Source: Iphione sp. A-MEVVRFRX5
Taxonomy: Eukaryota
Length of the DNA: 64,000 nt
Assembly: GCA_976226885.1 (NCBI GenBank)
Contig: OZ320314.1
Location: 81,220,001-81,284,000, forward strand
Direction of reading: 5' to 3'
Position 1 is the stretch's first letter. Every line of letters begins with the position of its first letter. The translations under genes were made by a program, and so were the position numbers. A model generated the notes under the pieces. It saw nothing but the letters and a program-made list of their open reading frames with translations. It did no database searches and was not told the DNA's origin. Of this stretch, positions 1-10,500 are shown piece by piece.

Positions 1-380
1 AGTGTAATGTGTATGTGATATAGATTACATATTCCTCAGTCGGCATATTATTCATCAATGTAAAGTTCACTCTGCAGAGGCAGGTGACCATTTACTTGTT
101 CCATGTAAACACGATGAAGCAAAATTGAAATTAAAATAAAAAATGTACAGCATGTTTGCATACGTTGTCAGTTTTAAGTTTCTTTTAATGTAGAAGATAC
201 ACTTTGTAAATACCTATCATGATCATGTACTCATGATCATGTAATATACATATACTTGGCGCATATGTTCTTTTAATAAAGTTCTGAAATGTGCACTGTA
301 TAGAGGTGTACACATTTTTTCCAAGGGAAGCACGTTTGTTCCAATGAAGTCCATGTGATTGTCGTGCTCACAAGTTTTTT

Positions 381-510
381 TTATGGCGCAGTTGATTTCT
401 TCAGTTTTTGGACATCCAGTTTTACTTGTTCGAGTATCTCCTGGTTTTTCAATCCTTCTAGTTTGTTCTTCTCTCTGACATCTACCAGCTCTTCCTTCCA
501 AAACCGGTGT
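381..510 (-). CDS. Candidate terminal coding exon of an unidentified minus-strand gene (xHRFWKEELVDVREKNKLEGLKNQEILEQVKLDVQKLKKSTAP*), coiled-coil-like
   Basis: Strong acceptor tcttttttcag at 513-511 on the minus strand. Phase-2 start, 42 open codons of charged heptad-like sequence, then TAA at 383-381. ATTAAA on the minus strand at 277-272 and 189-184. Family not recognised. Confidence 0.45.
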
Positions 511-804
511 CTGAAAAAAGACACCCATTTTCGTTAACACCTTCCGAGACATAGTTTAATAGAGACTTTTTTTTTCAAAAGGCGAAATATCATTCTCTAT
601 ACATCATAGAAAGTCTTTAATGGACATTTTCAACTTGAGATGGTTGGGAAAGAACCACGAGTGCCCTACACCCAACAGTACACATAATGTGCATGTATTA
701 TTCGTGGTAAAAGCTAGAATCAGCCTGTAGATATATGGGCAAGGTGAATGAAAGTGGTGACATGAAAGCCCTCCCTAGGGTCAGTTCTACATGAAGGTCA
801 ACTT

Positions 805-1210
805 GGGTAGACTGCCAGATGATTGGGCCCCAGACAATTGGGCCCACAATTTCAGACAACTGGGCCTGTACTATAAACCCAGTGATTTGCAGTATAAACT
901 TGCCAATTTCTGGAACAGTATAACCTCTCTATTCTGTCACCTCGCTATTCCAGTACCCTTGCTATTCCATAGCCTGCTTCTTGCATGATCACCTTCCAAA
1001 TGGCATTTGTTGCATAAAAAATTGGTGCATTTTTTTACAACATTATGACAAGATTATGTTTTTGCTGTCAACCCCACCCTTCCCCCTCCCCTGCCACTGC
1101 CACCACCCATGGCCATGGGAATCACGATCAAGTATGGGCCCAATCATCTGGAATAGGGGGGGCCCAGTTATCCGGGCCCAACCTTCTGGGGGCCCAGCAG
1201 TCTGGATACC
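805..1210. mobile_element. Decayed inverted-repeat (MITE-like) element rich in GGGCCC
   Basis: Perfect 16-bp inverted repeat ccagatgattgggccc (815-830) / gggcccaatcatctgg (1136-1151). Six GGGCCC sites are clustered in the two arms. No target-site duplication identified. Confidence 0.4.
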
Positions 1211-1905
1211 ATTAGGGTCAACTCTGATCAGTCCTACAGGTGACTATATTGGAAAGCATCCATTGTAAAGATAAAAACCGAAGAGAAAAATCTGCCTTTG
1301 TTCAGACAAAATAACCATCAAATCTATCCAGTCTTACATACGTGTATATAGTGAAGGCTAGATAGTCGTTGTGATGAGATAAATACTGTGATAAGTAACA
1401 TTACAAAAACTTGGCCTGTGTAGATTTGTTTTATGAACATCGTGTAGATGTAGGCACACCTCACACACCGCGGCCGCTCGAACATGCCGGCGACCCCAAC
1501 GGGCCGCCGCCGTCGCTCGAACAAGGTACCGCGCGAATCCAAGGGGACCCCAAATTAAAACTAGCCTAGAGCAGTTCCGAAGTCTTAATACATGTATTTG
1601 ACAGCCAACGACCTTGATTATGACTGACCTTATGAACCCTACAATGTTACACCTATACTTTTCTTTCTAGAGTCTATCTCTATTTTAAGTACTATTTACT
1701 GAAATAATTAAGCACTGATTGATTAATCACATTTTGAACCTATGCTACAGAAAACTGTGACAGGGTTGAACTTAGTAGTCCAATCTAGTAGTGCACTTCA
1801 GTTAATACATGTACTGAAAGCTGAAACGTTCAGCAATTTAAGACAAGTCAGCTATGATGCGTAACTGCCAAATACATATATATAATGCAAACAAAAAGGG
1901 CTCCA

Positions 1906-2316
1906 TTCTAGTTTACCGGTCCCGCTTCAGATTACTACGCCAGGATAGGGTTAGGGTTAGTTATATTTTTTGTTGTAAAAATTGTTTTAAATCAAACAAA
2001 AAGTGCACCGCCTGTTGAGGCAGCGCAATGTCAGGCGCGTGTATAGGCAATGGGGAAATACCTGTTGGCATAAAACACTCCGTACAGCAAAACACAGGAG
2101 CCAAATATAGCAGGAAATCTAAGAATACGACGTATGCGGGGATCCATGGTGCTTGTGGATCCCCTCACTATCACATTGCACCAATTTTGTACTTTACTTC
2201 GACTCCTCTTCGCTACTTGTTGTCGCCGCTCTGTACTCCCCTTTTTTCGCCCATGACCACAGTGACCGGGGCAAAGAGCGTATAAACTAATTTATACGCT
2301 CTTTGACCGGGGTGAA
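1906..2316. mobile_element. Non-autonomous repeat element with telomere-like (TTAGGG) tract and terminal hairpins
   Basis: tagggttagggttag at 1946-1960; hairpin ggggatcca...tggatcccc near 2137-2164; perfect 15-bp-stem hairpin at 2272-2305 flanked by gaccgggg direct repeats. Boundaries approximate. Confidence 0.35.
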
Positions 2317-3386
2317 CCAATGATCGGCTTGTGCACAATATACACGCAAACCAATGAACACACACGTTACATTTAATATTTCGGCTTCGCTTCCGCTCAA
2401 AACAACTTGGACTCAATCAGCTGATAGGAGAGAGCAGGTAGAGTCCCGCGTCCTGAAAGGTGATAACCATGCGATTGACAATCTGCTGAGGAAAACCACT
2501 GATAACCACATGACAGTCATACGTAATGCTCTTGCTATTATTTAGCTAACAAAGTATCGCTTGGAAACTACCGAATTTAAGAAGGTACAAGGTAACTAAC
2601 ATATTTATCTGTCAATATAATGTCGGACCTGTCTGGTCTTTTAACTCTTGGCTTGCACATGGCAGTAATTGATATAATGTTTCATATATCTGAATATAAC
2701 GCACATACTTGAATTGAATTAAGCTATTGTGAAAAAATATTTCGATGTTATTTCATACTTGGCAAAGTGTACAGGGACGTATGGAAGACCATGTATCATG
2801 AAGAAAGACACACGGTCATATTCTTGCCTGCCCACACACTTTTTCTTTTAATGCAGTACCAGGTACTCAGACCTCATCTCTCCGAATTTTGCATTGTTGC
2901 GAGAATTTTGACTAAAGTGGTATTGACTCCTCAAGAGTACTGAATAATTATATAATACGGTATCAAACAATGAAACTCTTGTTCTCATATGTGTTTACAG
3001 AATTGGAAAATTTAGCGTTTTGCGTCTGAAGTACATGCATGTAGTGGCGTCTCACTGTGCACCATTACTCAACAGTAGATATATATATATATATATATAT
3101 GCATCCTAATACAGTAGGTAGTGGGCTGTGGGTAGTTTTCACATTAATTTACTACTACGTGGAACATAACATCCAATTAATCACAAGTAAGGAACGCGAA
3201 TTTTTACACAAGTACATATATTTCAAGAAAAAAAAAAAGAGAATGCTGTTCATACTCAGTATGACATGAAAAAAATTCCAAAATGTATGTTAATGGGAAT
3301 CAAGTGTAAAGGGGCTTGAAGATCAGCGTTTAAAAAGATGCCAAATAGGATACTGGGAGCTCGTGCCAATCCGTTGCAGTAACGAA

Positions 3387-3506
3387 GCGGTTAAATGCGT
3401 TTTTTGGTTGTTGTCATCAGGATTAAGCCCCGATGTCGAGGGCCGATAGGCCCGAGGCAGAGGGGCTTAATCCTGATGACAACAATCAAAAAACACATTT
3501 AACCGC
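3387..3506. repeat. Foldback palindrome (45-bp arms, 30-nt spacer), short MITE-like element
   Basis: gcggttaaatgcgttttttggttgttgtcatcaggattaagcccc (3387-3431) pairs with 3462-3506 with 2 mismatches. The spacer contains gggccgataggccc. Confidence 0.85.
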
Positions 3507-3827
3507 CGTTCTAACAACGAGAATAAAAATATGTATATAAATCAGTGTCTTAGACATGAAAAAATAGTATAATAATAGATACGAAACAACCACTGTGCAT
3601 AAGTTGATGCAGTTTAGTCACTTTTCCGGGTATACAATAATCTAATCAACATTGGAAAAGAACATGGCTAGTTAAAAATTACAAAAAAATGAAGAAAATA
3701 TACAGATAAATGCTATTTTATCAATTCTGTTATTTTGGAATGTTTTTGAGTCCTGAGACCCATGCCCCGCTTGAGTCCACTGCTCCCTATGGAGAACATC
3801 ACGACGCGAGTGTTAGAACGGGCTTAC

Positions 3828-3900
3828 CAAATGAGGTGTGCCTTTCTGCTTGAAAACCATTACGTATTGCCATATAGCTATCCGACACAAGCATGCACAA
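3828..3900 (-). CDS. Candidate internal exon of the unidentified minus-strand gene (LCMLVSDSYMAIRNGFQAERHTSF, phase 0 to 1)
   Basis: Acceptor ...ggtcattcag and strong donor TTG|GTAAGC; open frame; phase matches the upstream candidate exon. Confidence 0.3.
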
Positions 3901-4124
3901 CTGAATGACCGTTGCAAAAAACTTTTGGGTCACCCCTACAGAGGACACATTGTGCAAACTTACTATTACACAGCGTGTGAATAGTATCAAAGTTATAGAT
4001 GGTGGCAAATGTTATTTGAAGAATTCTAAGCTTTTATTGAAAATCAGCTAATTTGTAAAGATGTGAGGAAAAGGCTTATGAACTTCTCAGTTCTGTGTCT
4101 AAATTTCGTGAAGCATCTACTCAC

Positions 4125-4154
4125 ATCACTCCAATGCTGGAGGATCTTACGTGT
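4125..4154 (-). CDS. Candidate 30-nt exon of the unidentified minus-strand gene (TRKILQHWSD)
   Basis: Acceptor gtcctctacag, strong donor GAT|GTGAGT; 103-nt intron to the upstream candidate exon. Confidence 0.35.
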
Positions 4155-4257
4155 CTGTAGAGGACTTAATTTTCCATTGTTTTGTTTGGAACCGAGCGTT
4201 CTAAACCTATCACACTAAATATGAAAATGACAGAATAGAAACTGAAGAGAAGCTTAC

Positions 4258-4351
4258 GCTCTCCAAGAAGGTACCGTCGGCCGTACCGGAATGCGAAAAA
4301 TTGTCCGGTTGGGAGGGGGTCCGGAGTGGCGACCCAAGCACCATGCGTCTC
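4258..4351 (-). CDS. Candidate internal exon of the unidentified minus-strand gene (RRMVLGSPLRTPSQPDNFSHSGTADGTFLES, phase 2 to 0)
   Basis: Acceptor tttttcccaccag, donor AGC|GTAAGC; GC-rich relative to flanks; open frame. Confidence 0.35.
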
Positions 4352-4437
4352 CTGGTGGGAAAAAATTGTCATAATGGTAAAGTATGGGAGCCTAATGGAT
4401 ATTATTGATTATCGATCTGTATTGATAGTAAAACATG

Positions 4438-4641
4438 ATTGAGGCATATTCCATGGAGAAAGAGTCAAAAATTGCAAATTTCCAGGAAAATGTGACAAAA
4501 AAATGGCAAATTCATGGAGATTGAGCCATATTCCATGGAGAAAGAGTCAAAAACGGCAAATTTCAAGGAAAATGTGACAAAAAATGGCAAAATTCATGGA
4601 GATTGAGCCATATTCCATGGAGAAAGAGTAAAAAATGGCAA
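4438..4641. repeat. Minisatellite, about 81-82-bp unit, about 2.5 copies, probably inside a decayed DNA element
   Basis: Unit gattgagccatattccatggagaaagagtcaaaaacggcaaatttcaaggaaaatgtgacaaaaaatggcaaaattcatgga, repeated with few differences. Confidence 0.85.
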
Positions 4642-6302
4642 ATAAAGTCTTATGTAATCATCTCTTTGTTCTCTCTAGTCCGGTTAAATGGCTGTATTTC
4701 CTATGTTAAATGCTGTAAAATGTAGCTAAATTTTGTCCGAATACGGAAAAGCAGGGTCCGGTTAAATAGTATAATTTTTAGAGAAAAACAATTGGTTATT
4801 CGAATACCCTCCGGTTATGATGATATTCCGGACAAGAGGGGTCCGGTTGGGGCGGGCCGACGGTATATCGAATGAAGATCTTTGAAAAGTCACATGGGTA
4901 CATCACTGAGAATTTCAAGGTCTTCAACAGTGGTATGAGATTTTTAACAAATGTGAACGTTGCAGCAACCTGTCAACAAGGAAATGCATACGGAAAGTGA
5001 CACGAACCTTAGTGAGGCTGGGATAACCTGGTTGCCCCAACTGTGCACCTTTCGCATGGTGTTGTTAGATTCTTCGATACAAGAGAAAGCTTTGATTATG
5101 GTCGTCAGCAACAATTGTTTTTATGTATCTGCACCTTTACCAATTCAAAGTAAGACGCTGCTCATTGAAGAGTTTGGGGAGAATAGGTTGGTACAGAAAG
5201 GATGAGTGTCTGAGTGGATAATCAACTTTTCAACTAACTTAGAGCAGTATGAATCATGCGTTGGTTTTCAATGCGAGTGAGGAAGGTCTATTCTTTCAGA
5301 TTTGTGCCTGGTATAACACGTTTGCTTAAAGATTGCAGATGCAACAGGTAAAAAAAGTCAATGGAACGCCCCATGGCATCTACCTGTAACAAAATGCAGG
5401 ATAATATTGAGAAAGTGCTGGTGACTTGAAAAATGAGCTAGGTCTCATTGCCCCATATATATAGACACCTCCTCGTCAACTAAAACACAGGAGATAACCT
5501 TGGATGATCACTGTGTTATTTGGAGAATGACCGAAGGAATCTGATAGAAAAATGACTCGTTAGGGTCATCAGTTCATCCCACTATTAAACAGTTTTCCTT
5601 TCCACAACAAGTACCTAACGCTGAAAAGTATCAAACTCCGGCATGTGATTTAACAAAGCAGAAGAGATGCTGAACTCCAGAAACCATATAACATCCCTTG
5701 GCCATTCAGTGGTTGAATAAAGCCGTGAGGGGAATGAGAAAGGCCACTACTCAGTGCTGTTTTGAGAAGATTGGAGTCACCTACCTGGGTGCTGACCCCC
5801 TCCTCTTCTCTAAAGATTAGTTTGACTGTCTGTCAGCCTTTTGTCCCTCTTGAGAGATTTTTTGAACTGCCAGTTCCATTAAACAGCTACATGTGTAATA
5901 AGTGCTCTCAGTATCCTCCTCCCCATAATGACAGTGTTCTTTCCAAACGGCCGTCACCATATAAAGAGCAACATTGAACACGTTGGCACCTATTATCCAC
6001 TACCTTGCCTCGTTATATATATATATATATATATTATATATATCTGTACCAATCCCATAATAAGCTACATCAGGATTAGTAAAGAAAGTCCGATGGAGGA
6101 GGCCATAGGGGACAAAGGATCAGACAGGGAGGCACTGCTTCCTACTCGAGCCACTGACAGAGGAATGGGGGAGATGGTGGTAAATATGAGGGGTTGTTTT
6201 GAAAAGTCCCACACAGATGCAGATATAGAATGCATAAAACAATTGAGCCTTTCTCTTTATAGGTGGAATTTATGGTGTGTTTTTCGTCAGCGGGATATAC
6301 AT

Positions 6303-6536
6303 ATATGATACCTTCCACCATTTTTTGTACCAGATGTATTCTCCGAGATGGTCGTTTTTTAAAGTAAAAATCATAGTTCAATTTGATATATTAAATTGTT
6401 TTTGCTGTGGCAGGGTCTAGGAGGCATCAGGAGTCTGTACTAATTTTTTTAGTATCATACAATAATTCCTTCCTGTAGTTTTTAGTAGTCTCAAAGAATA
6501 CCGCTGGTACAAAGAAAATGGTGGAATGTATCATAT
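6303..6536. mobile_element. MITE with about 40-bp terminal inverted repeats
   Basis: atatgataccttccaccattttttgtaccagatgtattct (6303-6342) versus the reverse complement of 6495-6536 (atatgatacattccaccattttctttgtaccagcggtattct): 3 substitutions and a 2-nt indel. Confidence 0.7.
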
Positions 6537-6767
6537 GCTGTTTCCCCAGTACATGTTGTATCTTAACGTTGTGTTGTGTAGCGCCATCCATGTCGTACTG
6601 TTTTGGTGAAGGGTGATTTCATCCCAGATATTGGACTCGAAAAATTCTGCATATTCACAATAAAGTTTTAACAGTTTCATCATAACTGAAATAAAGCAAA
6701 GGATTTCCTGATCGTCTTTTGACGTCCACTAGCATTAACAAGGATCCCCGGGCACCTTCGTTCTTAC

Positions 6768-6900
6768 CAGATTCCCTACACATCGATCATGGTGCCCGAT
6801 GGTGTACGTTTTGAAATCATTAGTATAGCATCACAGCTTTCATCCAAGGAAAACGATTTCTAATCAAGTCTAGTTCTCGTGCAGCATCTTTTCATGTTGA
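6768..6900 (-). other. Candidate first exon of the unidentified minus-strand gene (divergent from AMDHD2)
   Basis: Strong donor CTG|GTAAGA at 6768/6767, followed by an 82-nt intron to a strong acceptor cctttgctttatttcag at 6686. Possible ATG at 6783 (MCRES|VMMKLLKLYCEYAEFFESNIW...). The 5' boundary is a guess. Confidence 0.25.
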
Positions 6901-7234
6901 ATATTTTGAAAACTCTTCAATTTCCAAATAAGTCTAGATCGTGTTTGGTTTCTCCAAACCGCGAACATTTTGAAGTCATTTCAAGCCTTGTTTTATGAAT
7001 TCTGCATGGTTTCAAATGCGGATTTTAAAAGTTGTTCGCCCCGAACACGTAACTTATTCTTTCTATGTGTAAACAAGAGATTTTTCTGAATTCATTGCAG
7101 TATTATCAATTGTATAAACTAGGTTTAATATAGAGACAGCGTTCACATTATTGGTCCTGAACTTTCTTATATGGCGTTATTATGTGCGGCAATATGTGTA
7201 GAATAAAATTCGCGTTTTTGTCCTTGGGATAAAG

Positions 7235-7328
7235 GTCGAGCTGTAGGAACAATACTATCTTAGGGAAAAGTCCTTATCATCTCGTGATAGTTGTCATTCC
7301 CACTGCCTCTCTTGCTATCTGAATGCAG
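7235..7328 (+). other. AMDHD2: Possible 5'UTR intron of AMDHD2
   Basis: AAG|GTCGAG donor at 7234/7235 and pyrimidine-rich acceptor ...ttgctatctgaatgcag at 7328, 19 nt before the ATG. Confidence 0.3.
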
Positions 7329-7347
7329 ATTAAGGAAGGTTTTCATC

Positions 7348-7567
7348 ATGCCTGGTAGATATCTCAAGGAGAGTGGGATCATCACCCAATTTAGAAACTG
7401 TCGACTGCTGCGGGAGCATGCCATCATTGAGGATGACCTCTGGGTGCGCAACGGCCGCATCGTCAACCCCGAGAAACTCTTTTTCGAGGAGTTGGCCTAT
7501 GCCGACGTGCAAATTGATTGTAAGGACGCCATCTTGGCGCCTGGCTTTATCGATGTCCAAATCAACG
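7348..7567 (+). CDS. AMDHD2: AMDHD2 coding exon 1 (MPGRY...[10 protein letters not shown])
   Basis: ATG at 7348; donor G|GTAATG. Confidence 0.93.
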
Positions 7568-10500
7568 GTAATGACTCCCTCTTTTGACTCGTGGATCTTT
7601 CCCTTTTTTACATAAAGAATAATTTGCATACAGTCGACTTTCTCTATGTAACTTTTTGTTGTTGCAATGTTGAGAAAATGATGGTGTATTGTCGAGAAGT
7701 ATTTCAGATAGTCTGCAGTTGGGGAATTAAAAATGAGCATATGGAGAGTATTATATTTGGTAGAATAATTGCAGATACAAGTCTGAAGTACCACGGAAAG
7801 GAGGCTATCCACTTTCCTGTTATCAACGGGGCTATAGCCGGAAATAAGTTTTTCAGCCAGAATCCTCAAGAAACATGGCAATGAACGAAACATTATCTGC
7901 CCTCCTAATTGGCCAGGTGCTTTCGGTGTGGACTTTTCACGGTCGTCAGATAACCTGAGGTCGGAGGTTGCACGTGTTTCCAAAGGATTACTACCACACG
8001 GCGTGACGTCCTACTGTCCAACCCTCATCACTCTCCCGCCTGAGGAGTACAGCAAGGTTCTCACAGTCTTCATTTTCCCTAGGTTAAATAAGCGCAATCC
8101 TAGAACGTTATGGCCCAATTAAGCATTTATTTCCTGCAAATTCTCCTGGTAGTACTTGCTATCCAGTCTTGGGATATTCGTCTGATGTTATTTCGGGCCA
8201 GTCATGTGTAATGGACAAGACATATGCAAATAAAGTGGGTCAAAGGATCGTTACGGGAACTTACCAAAAAATTTATCATCCCCTCTTATAGGAGGCACTT
8301 TCCTCAGAAGGGGGCAGGGTAAATAAGAAACAGCATTGAAATCGTTGATAAAATTCTTGTCGACGCTAAAAGCAATACTAATATGCACTAATTGTTGAAT
8401 AACTTAACAAAAAATATCTTTTACTGGTCGCGTATGAAAATCCAGTGCATGCATTGGCAGGTTGGCTGCAGGAATGTGGTAACATATTCATGTATCCAAG
8501 GCCTACTGATGTACATGGTGCAGGCAGTTATTTCGCTGGATCCTCAAAGTACATACCAGCAGTAAATATGGATCATAGGTCAGAGGGGCAAAATTGAAAT
8601 TGTTGAATTTGATAAATGGTAACATAATCGTTCTGTTTGTGAGTTAAAACTATCTGTCTTTACAGATTTTACCTCATTTTGAGAGGAGAGATGGTGGCAA
8701 ACATGGAGCTGGAATTTTGGGTTTGTACTCATAATTTTCCTATCAGTAAGACACTTTTGTCGTTTGTCTGCATTATGTTCCATACAAGTATTCACTTCAT
8801 AAAGTACCTGTCTCAAAAGTTACCACTTAGGTAATAGAGTCCTTTATTTTTTGTTCTATATCTTGTTAATCATTATTAGTAACAGTTGTGATCGTAGATA
8901 TTTGATAGCAATGGGGACGTCAACTATAAAGATTTACTAACAGATTGAGCTGCCAGTGAAGCTAATAATTGCACTAAGCCTGATTGTTAGTAGAAGGATG
9001 CGGCGGCATATAAACAAGCATGCACGTATATTAAAGTAGCTTTGTCGAAGAATTATACACCAGGTAGCATTCAGGTGGTCGATCACATGGTTGCCTCTAG
9101 GCAGCGTTGAGTGCCGAAGCTCTACAGCGAACTTCCTCGCGCTTGTCGGTTTTACCGGGGAGATTCATGCCATAGTCTCAAGAGAATAGCTACGCCAGAC
9201 CCTTATAGTATTACTAAGATCCTCCCGACACAAGATGTTAGACATTGGATGTCAGTAGTCCAGCCCTCTATCCATATCCTATGTTGATTTGTGCATCCTG
9301 TCATTTTCTATGCAATATGTTCATGAAATATTTTCACAGCTTTTTGTTTGTTTGTATGGAGAGTTACACACTTAATATATCCATAGTTTTAATTAGAACA
9401 ATGGTATATTGTTACATGTACTCCATCAAAGCATTGGTGAATAAATAAGGTCCACAAGTAAATCTGGTTTTGATGTTTATTCCATGAAGGTTAACAAGCA
9501 ACTGGCAATTAACACAATGACTCAGCTCTATTTATACACCTCCACCCCCATTTTGTATTGGGCCAATACCATGGTAATACCGGGGAACACCTCCCCCACA
9601 ATGTAGCAATACCATGGCAATACAACAACAGTGGCAACACAACAACACTCATATTACACTGGGCACCAAGCCCTCCTGTAAAACATCCTTATCAAATACA
9701 TATCTGAAATATCAAAATATTACAATATTATTGCATTGTGTTTATCATGTACCCCCTCATTGACCCCTTAGTCCATGGATACATCAGCAATCTAGCCACC
9801 TCACTTGGACAAAACGGTCACCCACCATTTCAAGCAAAAGTGTATGGAATAGGCTGTCGACTATACATGTAGTTCTAACGTGGCTTGACCACACGATAAA
9901 GCGACCATATTGGTTTTAATAGATTATAGAGGTAAATGGCCCATCCCAAGCAGTTTTGACTGTATTTGCCCATTAGTGATATTTCTGAGTTGATCACATC
10001 ATGAGGCGTTACTGTACTCTGCATTCTTATATAAATTCCTTCAATAATGCACTTATTTTCAAACAACCATATTGACACGCCCTAGCCTAGTAGTCAACCA
10101 AAAGAAGAGGGGAGACCTATCCACTCTTTTCAGTGTGTCCCCTTAGATGTACGGTAGAACGCCTTTGGAATCACACCCTATTGAGCAGTCTCCTTCAGAT
10201 TTTCATCACACCTGTTAAGGGTGTGACTCTTCCAATCACAGCAAATCCACCAGCAAGCAACTCATTGCTGTCACTGAGCTTCCCAATTAACCTTTAAAGT
10301 CATAACACTGCTTGCTCGGAAAAAAAATAATGAAATGATTAGCAATCACAATAGTTGAATCTTAAAGTAGAAATCATGACACATTGATGTCCCTCACCGA
10401 TACGGTTACTTGCACTTCCAGCCTAATTCGCTGGGAAACATTAGGTGGCTGTGTGAGCAAGGGGTGACTGTACCTGTACACTCTCTGTTGTAAAGATGCG

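Noticed and set aside
7330-7983. 217-aa minus-strand ORF
   Set aside because: Antisense shadow across AMDHD2 exons 1-2 and the intervening intron; no recognisable protein features.
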